Shown here one piece after another: positions 8,071 to 17,557 of a stretch of DNA of 27,714 nt; within the stretch, counting starts at the first letter, position 1; every line of letters starts with the position of its first letter. A program made the position numbers and the translations under genes. The stretch is from Candidatus Latescibacterota bacterium (GTDB taxonomy: Bacteria > Latescibacterota > UBA2968 > UBA8231), in NCBI GenBank assembly GCA_965205655.1, contig CBDBIJ010000077.1:1-27714 (forward strand), given 5' to 3'. The notes under the pieces are model-generated. The model searched no databases, was not told the DNA's origin, and saw nothing but the letters and a program-made list of their open reading frames with translations.

Positions 8071-11000
8071 ATGATTGCGCGACTCGCGGTGGTCACCCTC
8101 CTCGGCTTTGCAACCGCCGGCTCCTACCCTCAACCCGCCGACGCCGGCCAGCCTCAGATACATCCCGATCTGCTCGACTTCGATCAGGTCCCGGTGGGCG
8201 CTGTCGCCAGCCTCGAAGTTGCCGTCGTCAACGACGGGCCCGACTCGCTGTTCGTGGACACGATGCTTGTGTTCGTCGACACGATGTCTGTGTTCGTCAA
8301 CACGATGTCTGTGTTCGTCGACACCGGGCTCGTGGAGGGATCCTTCGATCTGACTCCCCCTCCCTTACCCCTCTTCATCGAGGCCTCCGATTCAGTCGCG
8401 GTCGCGGTTCGGTTTTCTCCGGCGTCCGCCGGCGTCGATTCAGCCGTCCTCATCGTCGTCTCCGGCGCCGGCCAACCGGATGGTCCCGATTCGATCGAGG
8501 TGAGGCTGCGCGGTGTTGGCACCGACGTCGTCATCGACGAGGTCCTGGCCGATCCGGGCACCGGGAGTTCTGGAGACGCGAATCGCGACGGCACCCGGCA
8601 GACCTTCGCCGACGAATTCGTCGAGCTGCTCAACAACGGACCGGAAGCCGTCGACCTGGCGGGGTGGCGCCTCGGTGACGATGACACCCAGAAGGGCGCG
8701 TGGTTCACCTTTCCCCCAATGACGCTGCTGCCACCCGGACAGCGCCTCGTCGTTTTCGGTGGGGGTTCGCCTCAGGGGTTCGGCGACTCTGCCTACAGCG
8801 ACGATGGGCGCATCGGCAACGGTCTCTCGAACAGCAGCGACGCGCTCTGGCTCGTCGATGCCGATGGCGACACGGCCGCGTCGGCGCTGGTGGGCATCCC
8901 GTGGAATCGCAACCAGTCCGTGACGCGATATCCGGCAGGCGCCGGGCCCTTCGTTCAGCATTCCGATCCACCGGGTGACGGCTCGCTTTTTTCGCCCGGT
9001 GCGGCGCGAACCGTCGTCGATTCCGTCGTCGTGACTCCCTCGGATACGGTGGTGATGAAGGGGCGGAGCCTGCAGTTGACGCGGTCGTTCACTGGTCGGA
9101 CGGCACCGTCGAGCAGCCGCCGGTGGAGTGGACGAGCTCGGCAGCTCTCATCGCCGGTGTGGACGCCGGCGGAACCGTCCGCGCCCTCGAAGTCGGCGCA
9201 GCGTTCGTTCGGGCGTCACTCATGACCGTGACAAGTTCACCTGCTTTGGTTCAGGTGCTGCCGGAATCCGAGAACGCTCGATGCGTCGTCATCAGCGAAA
9301 TCCTGGCCGACCCCCCGAGCGGGGCGGCGGGTGACGCCAACGGCGACGGCGAGCGCCACACCTACGAGGACGAATTCATCGAACTGTTCAACCCCGGTCC
9401 CGATACGCTCTCCATCGCTGGCTGGAGCCTCGGGGACGACGATGTCGCCGTCGACGACCTGTTTCACTTTCCCGACGACGCCCGCCTTCCTCCCGGCAGC
9501 TACGCCGTCCTCTTCGGTGGGGGAAACCCTCAGGGGTTCGATGGCCGCGCCTACGCAGATGACGGGCGCATCGGCAACGGTCTCTCGAACAGCGGCGACA
9601 CCGTCGTCCTCCGTCACGCCCTGGGTGACACGATAGATTTCCATCGCGGCTCTGACTGGCCGCGGGACGTGTCCATCACTCGCTGGCCCGAGGACTGCAA
9701 GCGCTCTGATGCCGGCCCGCCATGCCATTTCACGCCTCACGACAGTCCACCGGGAACCGGCGGGCCCTTCTCCGCCGGGGCGTCGCGGCCGACCGCGGCG
9801 GCGGCGGCCGACACCGCCTCCTCCCCAAACTTCAATCCGCCACGCCTCGCGGTCACCGAGGTCCTTGCCGATCCCCCCTCCGGCTCGAAAGGAGATGCGA
9901 ACGGGGATGGTGTGACCGACCGCTACGAGGACGAGTTCATAGAGATCTTCAACGAGGGCGATGCCGTCGACGTGTCCGGCTGGCGCCTGTCCGACGACGA
10001 CACGGCAGTGAGCCGCCAGTTTCGATTTCCCGAGGGCACCGTCCTGCAGCCTCGGCAGTATGTCGTCCTGTTCGGCGGTGGCGAACCATCCGAAGATTCA
10101 GGCCGCATCTTCGTCGACGACGGGCGCCTCGGCAACGGCCTCACCAACGGTGGCGATCGGCTCCTCCTCATCGCGCCAGCGCCCGTCGACACGATCCTCG
10201 ACGTGACCTACAGGTCGGCGTCAAACATCGACCAGTCTCTCACCATCATCGAGGGCGGAGAGCTGGTGCCGCACAGCCGGCTGCCGGGACGTACGATCTT
10301 TTCGCCGGGACGGGCACGACCTCTTTATACGGCCTTTGCCATCGACACCGTCGACGTCTTCCTGGGCGAAGAGCCAGAGGCGCCGCTCGTTCGCGGCATC
10401 TCGCCGGAGAGCGAAGAGCTGATCCCTCCCTCCCTGATCACCTGGGTTTCCTACGATTCCGAGATCGCCAGCTTCGAATCGTTGACTCGACCTGTTGTGC
10501 ACAGCCGTGGAGTGGCGCGCATCGCGGCCTGGAACGACAAGCTGTTTCTAGCCGAGGGAATTCTCCGGATTCGGCTGCCGCCCAACCTCCCCCCGGCTAT
10601 CACCTCGGCAGCCGACCCGGACGCCTACGCCGGCGGCCACTACCGCTACCAGGTGCAGGCCGTCGATCCGGAAGACGGCACCCTCATGTACATCATGGCT
10701 CAGTCACCAAAGTGGTTGCGTATCGATCTCGCCTCGGGTCTGATAAGCGGCCGCGTTCCCGACACACCGGGCCTCCTCATCCCGTCGGCTTCGAGGTCAG
10801 CGACGGACATCGATGGGTCTCGCAGCAGTACGATCTTCGCATCGTCGCCAAACCGCGGCTGCGCATCACCGAAGTTCTGATGGACCCTCCTCTCGGTCAC
10901 ACCGGGGACGCAAATGGCGATGGCGTGCGTCAGACCTACGGCGACGAATTCGTGGAGGTCTACAACCTGGAAGAGTTCGGCCTCGAAGTGGGTGGCTGGC

Positions 11001-12514
11001 GCCTGAGCGACGGCGACGTCTCGGAGTCTCGCCAGTTCCGGTTCCCTGCCGGTACCACGCTCCCGCCCCGCTCGTATTGCGTCGTCTTTGGCGGAGGGAC
11101 GCCATCCGGAGCGCTGAGTTTTGTCGATGACGGTCGCATTGGCGACGGCCTGGGCAACAGGAACGACGAGGTCTACCTCATCGACCCCGAGGGACCTGAT
11201 ACGCTGGCCGCTGTCAGTTATGCGCTCGACAGGGAGCCCAATCAGTCGATCCAGTACTCCTCCGACCCCTCCGTGGCGCCGATCCTGCACAGCTCTTTTC
11301 CCGGACGCGATCCATTTTCACCGCGGTTTGAACGCGCCCTGCTGGAAAGGGCGCGCCTGCTGCCGCGAAGGACGGACCTTGTCGCGGGGGATCGCGCCGA
11401 CCTCAGAGTGGTGGGCCGCTATTCGGATGGGCTTGAGTCGGACATAACCAGCCTGACGGCGCGGACCGAAGGCGCTGTGGCGAAGCTGTCGTGGCGATCC
11501 TCGAATCCGGCGGCGGCGGCAGTGGATGGTCTCGGCACCGTGACAGCCGTCGGCGTCGGCAGGAGTCTCATCGAGGCGCGACTGGAAAGCGCGCCCGCGC
11601 GCTCGTTTGGCGTTCGGCCCGCGGTCGTGAATGTCAGAAAAAGTCTCCTATATCTGGCCGCCTTCAAACCGGGGTGGCGGCACTCGATCGTTCCCAGGGG
11701 CAGGAAGATTCTCTTCTCAGTTGAGATCTCCGACCCGGTTGAAACCAGGGTGCGCTGGTCCGTCAACGGACGGATCTACGGCGCCGGCGAATCGCATTTC
11801 GCCTTTGCTCGCGCGTCCGCGATGTCCCAAGACCCTCAGACTGCGAGCTCCGATACGGTAGCCGTGCAGATCTCATCGCGCCCGGGTGTGTTCGGACGTA
11901 CGGAGCTCGTGACTCGCGAGTGGATCCTCGCCGATAACTCCTCGCCGGTCGTGCTGTCGCCGGCGGACACGGTCGCTGTGGCAGGTGAGCGCTTTACCAT
12001 GGTCGTGCGGGCGACCGATGCCGACGGAGATCGTCTCTACTTTCTGCTCGACCGCGGCCCCGCAGGCCTGCGTCTCGATCCCGTGAGCGGAGAAATCGCC
12101 TGGACGCCGGCGGCCGGTGATTCCGGCTCCCTCGAAGTCCGCATCGCCGTATTGGACGGATTCAGCTCCGTCATCCATGCCTGCACCGTCCACCTGCTCC
12201 CGCTGGCGGCCAAATCAGTTGCCGCCTTCGTCTCTGTTCCTGTGAGTTATCCCAACCCCTCGAACGATTCCACCACGATCTCCTTCCTCCTGAGCGGGCA
12301 GCCGATGCCGCCCGTCGCCGAAGTGCGGCTCTTCGACGTGGTCGGTCGATCGGTTCGCACTTTGATTCGGGATCGAGTCACATCCGGGCGCAGCCAGGTG
12401 TTGTGGGACGGCCGCGACGAGGCAGGCAGGCCCACAGCGTCGGGTACCTATGTGTTCGCCGTTCACGCCGGCAGCCTGCCGCCGATTACCGGCAGGCTTC
12501 TCCGCTTGCGCTAG
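8071..12514 (+). CDS. Large secreted protein (~1480 aa reconstructed): ASH/choice-of-anchor-D-like domain, 4 lamin-tail domains, Ig/cadherin-like domains, T9SS type-A/FlgD-like CTD; two frameshifts (~9080, 10781-10783)
   Basis: Signal peptide, four repeats of I.E.L.DP..GDAN.DG...DEF.E...GW.L.D.D...F.FP...VFGGG...DDGR.G.GL.N, and C-terminal YPNPSN...WDGRDEAG..ASGTY. Three ORFs join by single-base additions. Confidence 0.85.
8251..8324 (+). repeat. 21-bp tandem repeat, ~3.5 copies (FVDTMLV/FVDTMSV/FVNTMSV/FVDT)
   Basis: Units start at 8251, 8272, 8293 and 8314; consensus TTCGTCGACACGATGTCTGTG. Confidence 0.95.
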
Positions 12515-12540
12515 TGCGGTGTCTCAGACACGGCACTCGC

Positions 12541-12996
12541 CTACTTCGAGTACGCGTCCTTGAATTCGTGCGTCAGATCGTGCAGCGTGCGCGCGTTTTC
12601 GGGGTCCGTGGTCTGTTTGCACTTCATGGCGTACACCAGCATCTTGTGCAGCAGGACGAGCTTGCCTTCGTAGGCCGACTGAGCCTTGTCGTCCCCGGCC
12701 GCGGGGATCTTGATGCGCTGCGTCATGAAGTACTGTGTGACGATCTCCCTGATCCGATCGGCGTGGTGCTCCTTGTTGTTTACCCAGCGGGTCAGCTGGT
12801 TGATGTTGCCGAGATCACCTGACAGTTCAGCGATCTTCGCCATCGACTTCTCGATGGTCTGTATGTCTTCCAAGAGCATGGCGAAGCGCGTTTCGTCGCC
12901 GTAGATCCCGCACGGAATCTCACAGTGAGCCAGCGCTGACTTGCTGAGACAGAGCACGCACATAATTGACGAGAGTGCAATTGCTAACGACCGCAT
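12541..12996 (-). CDS. sodN: Nickel superoxide dismutase with Sec signal peptide
   Basis: Ni-hook HCEIPCGIY directly after SALA, then RWVNNKEHHA, QYFMTQRIK and AMKCKQT. AGGAGGT RBS at 13003-13009. Confidence 0.93.
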   Translation of the reverse strand: MRSLAIALSSIMCVLCLSKSALAHCEIPCGIYGDETRFAMLLEDIQTIEKSMAKIAELSGDLGNINQLTRWVNNKEHHADRIREIVTQYFMTQRIKIPAAGDDKAQSAYEGKLVLLHKMLVYAMKCKQTTDPENARTLHDLTHEFKDAYSK

Positions 12997-13034
12997 GACA
13001 CGACCTCCTGGTCTATCAGTGAGAGTGCGGAAAC

Positions 13035-13064
13035 AAAAAATCCCTCGAGAACCAATCTCGAGGG
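13035..13064 (-). terminator. Rho-independent terminator after the DUF151 gene
   Basis: Stem CCCTCGAGA/TCTCGAGGG (13042-13064) with a 5-nt loop, followed by a T run on the minus strand. Confidence 0.8.
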
Positions 13065-13092
13065 GGCATTTCGATTGTATCGCAGGTTCGAG

Positions 13093-13809
13093 TCAGTCGT
13101 GACTCGTCTGACCATCCTCTATCTGGCTGATTTGATCTCTCAGTTTGGCAGCTTCCTCGTAGGCTTCTTCGGCGACTAGTCGGCCGAGTTGGGCGCGCAT
13201 GATCTCCAGTTTGCTCTGCTCTTCGGCTGCAGCGGGCTCCTCCACATCTTCCTCCTCGTCTTCATCCGAAGAACTCCTGACCTCCACCTCCACAACCGCC
13301 TCGACGTTCGAAGTGCCGTCGGCTTCTGCCTCTGCGGCAAGGTCTTCGCCCAGGTCGGCGATGTTGATCATATTGCTCAATTCCCGGCCTGCTTCGTCCA
13401 TGACCTCGGGGCTCATGTAAATGGGAACGTTTATCAACGTCGCCAGAATCATACCATCACTTGGGCGACAGTCGAGGTAGAATACTTCATCTTGAGTCTG
13501 AACCAGCAGGTAGGCGTGAAAAGTCTCGTCCTTGAGCGTGTGTATGACGAGCTGGTGGACTTCGCCTTTGATCTTGTCGAGTAGATTCTGGATGAGATTG
13601 TGCGTCAGTGGCCGTGGAAAGGACACCTGCTGCATGGCCATGACCAGATACTGTCCTTCGGGAAAGCCAATCGATATCGGGACGAATTTTTCTTCCTCGC
13701 CTTTTAGAACGACGAGAAAGGTCTCTGGCGGAGAAACGTCAGGATACGGATAGATGCGCCATACCTGAACCGGTATGAGATGTTCTTTTTTCTGTTTTTT
13801 CCGCTGCAT
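13093..13809 (-). CDS. Bifunctional nuclease family protein (DUF151) with C-terminal UVR domain
   Basis: PISIG..E, PRPLTHNL, F.AYL, DCRPSDG, acidic linker and EEAYEEAAKLRDQI. Start at 13809 is supported by the promoter position; the ORF track starts at 13860. Confidence 0.9.
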   Translation of the reverse strand: MQRKKQKKEHLIPVQVWRIYPYPDVSPPETFLVVLKGEEEKFVPISIGFPEGQYLVMAMQQVSFPRPLTHNLIQNLLDKIKGEVHQLVIHTLKDETFHAYLLVQTQDEVFYLDCRPSDGMILATLINVPIYMSPEVMDEAGRELSNMINIADLGEDLAAEAEADGTSNVEAVVEVEVRSSSDEDEEEDVEEPAAAEEQSKLEIMRAQLGRLVAEEAYEEAAKLRDQISQIEDGQTSHD

Positions 13810-13839
13810 GAATCGATCACCAGCTCCGTTTGCCTCCCA

Positions 13840-13867
13840 AATATACCTTTTCCTGACCATTAATCAA
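13840..13867 (-). promoter_or_regulatory. Putative sigma70 promoter of the DUF151 gene
   Basis: TTGATT-N16-TATATT on the minus strand in an AT-rich gap. Confidence 0.55.
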
Positions 13868-13916
13868 GTAAAACAAAGTCGCCGTTGTGGACAGTATTCT
13901 CGTCCTTGTCAGGCAT

Positions 13917-14654
13917 CTACATCACCCCCCGCTCTTTGAGACTGACATAGTCCGCGGGCCCCACGATAATGTGGTCGAGGACGTCGATGCCGATGATTTC
14001 TCCGGCTTTTACGAGCCTGTGTGTGAGTTCGATGTCGTCTTTACTCGGAGAAACGTCACCTGATGGGTGGTTGTGCGCCAGTATGATCGTCGCCGCGGAC
14101 TGAAACACAGCAACCTGGAACACCTCGCGCGGGTGTACGATCGAAGCGGAGAGACTTCCGATCGAAACCACTTCTTTGTGAATCACTTGATTGCGGGCGT
14201 TCAGGTAGAGGCAGATGAAGTACTCCTTGCGCTGATCCTTGACTTCCGCGAGCATGGGAATCGTGTCCGCGGGGTTGGCAATTACTGGCAGCAGGCCAAG
14301 CCCTTTATCCAGAGCTCGCCGTGCCAGTTCAAAGCCCGCCAGCAGCACGAACGCCTTTGCACCTCCGATGCCCTTTAGTTGCGCCAGCTGTTTCAACTCC
14401 ATCGACATCAGCTCTTCCTTCGGATGGGACTCGATTACGGATCTCGCCACGTCGATTACGTTGCAACCTCGGTACCCCGTCCCCAGAATGATCGCCAGCA
14501 GCTCGTAGTCCTTGATGGCGGCGGCCCCGTATCGCGCCAGTCGCTCCCGCGGCAGTTCGTCGCCGCTTTCACCCAGAGCCGATGTACCGCGTGCAGCACC
14601 CGGCTCGTTTATCTGTGATCCGTTTGCGGACCATGCTCTCAACTCGGGCTTCAT
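13917..14654 (-). CDS. radC: RadC / UPF0758 JAB-domain protein
   Basis: PRERL...ELLAIILGTG, HhH KGIGGAKA, VHPREVF, HNHPSGD.SPS.DD and LDHIIVG. ATG 14654 follows AAAGAGG; GTG 14714 is an alternative. Confidence 0.93.
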   Translation of the reverse strand: MKPELRAWSANGSQINEPGAARGTSALGESGDELPRERLARYGAAAIKDYELLAIILGTGYRGCNVIDVARSVIESHPKEELMSMELKQLAQLKGIGGAKAFVLLAGFELARRALDKGLGLLPVIANPADTIPMLAEVKDQRKEYFICLYLNARNQVIHKEVVSIGSLSASIVHPREVFQVAVFQSAATIILAHNHPSGDVSPSKDDIELTHRLVKAGEIIGIDVLDHIIVGPADYVSLKERGVM

Positions 14655-14750
14655 GACCTCTTTCTCCATCTCTACTGTGGCAAAGTGGTGACACTCCTGT
14701 CCGCCCCGCGACACAGCAGCTCGTTATCTTGCGCGCCGGGCTACGTTCCT

Positions 14751-14767
14751 TGCAGAATTCATGCCAA
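14751..14767 (-). promoter_or_regulatory. Putative sigma54 (-24/-12) promoter upstream of radC
   Basis: Minus strand TTGGCATGAATTCTGCA with exact GG-N10-GC spacing, close to the TGGCAC-N5-TTGC consensus. Confidence 0.65.
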
Positions 14768-14778
14768 CCGCATCTTCA

Positions 14779-14807
14779 TTGCCACTGACAATGCCGCCAT
14801 ATATATT
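14779..14807 (+). promoter_or_regulatory. Putative sigma70 promoter for lnt-tatC
   Basis: TTGCCA-N17-TATATT, about 95 bp upstream of lnt. Confidence 0.6.
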
Positions 14808-14900
14808 CTCGCCCCCGCCTCCAGCGAGCCGTCCAGCTATTTCCATTCTCATGTATCTTGATCGCAATGCTCGTCCGCAAACGACAGCGCAGGCGCGACA

Positions 14901-16529
14901 ATGACGGTCGCGCTGCGAAAAGGGACGTCAAGGGACGTCCGAATTCCGTTGACCGCCGGCAGCGGTTGGCTGTTGCCCGCGCTGGCCGGCCTGTCGCTTT
15001 CCCTGGCCTTCCCGCCCAGCCCGTCGAATCCGTTCGCCTTCGCCTACGGCCCTTTGTGGAGCTACGTCGGACTCGTACCGCTCCTGCTCTGCCTGTGGAG
15101 CGGCACGAGAGTGGGCGCCCGAGTGGGCGAAAGTGGAGGAATGTCCTGCGCCGACGGCTTTCGCCGCGGCTGGCTAGCGGGGACGGTTTTCGGCTTGCTG
15201 ACGCTCTACTGGGTTGCCTTCACCCGAGGCGGAGGACCCGCTGTCGTCGGCGGTACGCTGTTGTTGTCGGTCTATCTCGGCCTCTTCGCAGGCGCCTTCG
15301 CCTGCTTGCAGCTGGCTGTCGTCAAGCGCTGGGGAGCGATTGGCTGGCTCGCCGCCCCGGCGTCGTGGACGGCTTGCGAGTACCTGATGACCCTCGGCGA
15401 GCTCGGCTTTCCCTGGCTCGTTCTGGGTCACAGTCAGGCCGTGTATCCCGCGCTCATCCAGTACGCCGAGTTCACCGGTGTCTACGGCATCTCGTTCTGG
15501 GTCGTCGCGTTGAATTCGCTCATCTTCCTCGGTCTTGTCGCGCCGTTGCGCCCTGCGGGGCGAGTCGTGCTCGGCGCCTGCGCCGCGCTGCTTTTTGCCG
15601 TTCCGTGGATCTACGGTCGAATCGTGACCGATCGCTCCATCCGCTCGCCGGCTGCCGTGGTAAAAGTGGGGCTCGTGCAGAACAATCTCGGTCTCGAGAA
15701 GTGGCAGCCGGGAGGATTGGAGCGCTCTCTTCGCAGCCTGGAGGCGCTCTCCAAACTGGCGGCGGTCGAGGAACCGGAGCTCATCGTCTGGCCAGAGACC
15801 GCCGTGCCATGCCGTCTTTCAAGACGCGGCGATTGTCGTCGGAGGGTCCAGAGCATCGTTGACGAGGTTCGAATCCCGGTGCTCACCGGTGCTCCCGGGC
15901 GAGGCCCCCAAGGCGAGGCTCAGAACAGCGCCTATCTGTTTAGCGGTGAGGGGGGATCCGAATTGCAGTCCTACGCCAAAATGCACCTCGTCCCCTTCGG
16001 CGAACGCACCCCCTTCAGGGATCGGATCCCATTGCTGAAAGAGATCGACTGGACAGCCCTCACAGGTGACTTGGCCCCCGCCGAGTTCGCTCCGGGGACA
16101 GAGCGGACGCTCTTCGAACACCCCAAAGGTCCGTTTGCGGCTCTCATCTGCTTCGAGTCGGTCTTTCCCGATTTCGTCAGGCAAAGTGTTGGGGAGGGAG
16201 CGCGGTTTCTCGTGAACATCACCAATGATTCCTGGTTCGGGCACACGGCCGGACCGTTTCAACACGCCCAGCTCGCCGTGCTTCGCGCCGTCGAAAACAG
16301 AATTGGCATCGCCCGCTGCGCTACGAGCGGCGTTTCCCTTTTCATCGATCCCTTCGGCCGCACATCGCAGGCGACCGACATCTTTACGGCGACATACAGC
16401 GTCGGAAGCATCCCGCTGGTTCACGGAGACGGGAGCGGCACGTTCTACGCTCGGCACGGCGACTTGTTTGCCCAGATGACCCTCGTCGTCAGCATCCTCT
16501 TGCTCGTCGGCGTCGTCCTGAGGCGCTGA
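14901..16529 (+). CDS. lnt: Apolipoprotein N-acyltransferase
   Basis: Multi-TM N-terminus, GFPW..LGHSQ, and nitrilase triad motifs WPETA, YAKMHLVPFGE and ICFESVF, plus TNDSWFG. Confidence 0.95.
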   Translation: MTVALRKGTSRDVRIPLTAGSGWLLPALAGLSLSLAFPPSPSNPFAFAYGPLWSYVGLVPLLLCLWSGTRVGARVGESGGMSCADGFRRGWLAGTVFGLLTLYWVAFTRGGGPAVVGGTLLLSVYLGLFAGAFACLQLAVVKRWGAIGWLAAPASWTACEYLMTLGELGFPWLVLGHSQAVYPALIQYAEFTGVYGISFWVVALNSLIFLGLVAPLRPAGRVVLGACAALLFAVPWIYGRIVTDRSIRSPAAVVKVGLVQNNLGLEKWQPGGLERSLRSLEALSKLAAVEEPELIVWPETAVPCRLSRRGDCRRRVQSIVDEVRIPVLTGAPGRGPQGEAQNSAYLFSGEGGSELQSYAKMHLVPFGERTPFRDRIPLLKEIDWTALTGDLAPAEFAPGTERTLFEHPKGPFAALICFESVFPDFVRQSVGEGARFLVNITNDSWFGHTAGPFQHAQLAVLRAVENRIGIARCATSGVSLFIDPFGRTSQATDIFTATYSVGSIPLVHGDGSGTFYARHGDLFAQMTLVVSILLLVGVVLRR

Positions 16530-16538
16530 GTGCCCGGC

Positions 16539-17516
16539 ATGGCCGATCCTGGGAGTGAGGAATTGAACGACGATCGCGAACTGAGCGATGCCGATCGCCA
16601 ACTGAGCGATGCCGATCGCGACGAGGCGGAATCAGGATCCGAAATGCACTTTCTGGAGCATCTCGAGGAACTGCGGTGGCGCATTCTGAAAGCGCTGAGC
16701 GCCGTGCTCGCCGGAGCCGTCGTCGCCTTCATTTTTTCCGATCCCATTCTCAAGATCCTCACTATTCCCTACGAGGGTGCGGTAGCCAGCATGATGGAGG
16801 GGGAGGATTCGGGACCCGTGGAAGCGGTGCGCGGTCTCGTCGAAGAGTGGCTCGGCGAGCCCGCCACTATCATCGATTCGTCAGCAGGGGGAGAGAAACC
16901 GCGGGATCTGCTTCCACTGGGAAGACGACTCCAGGCCCTCAAGCCGATGACCTTTTTTTTCGTGCAGCTTCAGGTCGCGCTGCTCGGAGGATTCGTCATC
17001 GCCCTGCCGGTGATCTTCTTCCAGTTCTGGCAGTTCGTTGCACCCGGTCTGCTCTCCAGGGAAAAGGGCCTCGTCGTGCCCATCATCGGCCTGAGCCTGC
17101 TGTGCTTCGCCATCGGTGCTCTCATCGCCTACTGGATCGTGCTCCCGCTCGGACTCCGCTTTTTTCTCAGTCTCGAGCCACTTGACATGACCTCGCAATG
17201 GGCGGTGAACGAATACATCGGCTTCGTCCTCAAGCTGCTGCTCGGTTTCGGTATCGTCTTCGAGATGCCGGTGGTGACACTATTCCTGTCCCGCCTGGGT
17301 CTGCTGACACCAGAGTACATGCGAAGTATTCGCCGCTACGCCGTGGTCGCCATCTTCCTCCTCGCCGCCATTTTCACGCCGCCGGACCCGGTATCGCAGG
17401 TATTGATGGCCCTCCCGCTCCTGCTGCTGTATGAAGTGAGCATCTGGGTATGTCGCTGGAGTGCGAAGAAGCGGATAGAACCAGAGAAAGCCGATCCAGA
17501 AGGACCGGCCCCGTGA
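16539..17516 (+). CDS. tatC: Twin-arginine translocase subunit TatC
   Basis: MHFLEHLEELRWR, WQFVAPGL..E, FGIVFEMP, TPPDPVSQ and LYEVSI. Start 16539 or 16530. Confidence 0.96.
   Translation: MADPGSEELNDDRELSDADRQLSDADRDEAESGSEMHFLEHLEELRWRILKALSAVLAGAVVAFIFSDPILKILTIPYEGAVASMMEGEDSGPVEAVRGLVEEWLGEPATIIDSSAGGEKPRDLLPLGRRLQALKPMTFFFVQLQVALLGGFVIALPVIFFQFWQFVAPGLLSREKGLVVPIIGLSLLCFAIGALIAYWIVLPLGLRFFLSLEPLDMTSQWAVNEYIGFVLKLLLGFGIVFEMPVVTLFLSRLGLLTPEYMRSIRRYAVVAIFLLAAIFTPPDPVSQVLMALPLLLLYEVSIWVCRWSAKKRIEPEKADPEGPAP
16571..16621 (+). repeat. 21-bp tandem repeat (~2.4 copies) in the TatC N-terminal tail
   Basis: CGATCGC(G/C)AACTGAGCGATGC at 16571 and 16592, partial at 16613. Encodes DRELSDA DRQLSDA DR. 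Confidence 0.9.
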
Positions 17517-17557
17517 GGTAGCGGTTGAAGAGCTGGAGCCGTATCCTATTTACCTAC

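Noticed and set aside
8251..8324. Possible CRISPR array
   Set aside because: Units are contiguous with no spacers, lie in frame in a CDS, and no cas genes are present.
9722..10780. Arg-rich N-terminal part of the 930-aa ORF
   Set aside because: Off-frame read of the LTD gene; only the part after ~10783 is the real frame.
13917..14654. radC as a marker of a prophage, ICE or defence island
   Set aside because: It is the long form with an N-terminal HhH, among housekeeping genes, with no integrase or phage genes.
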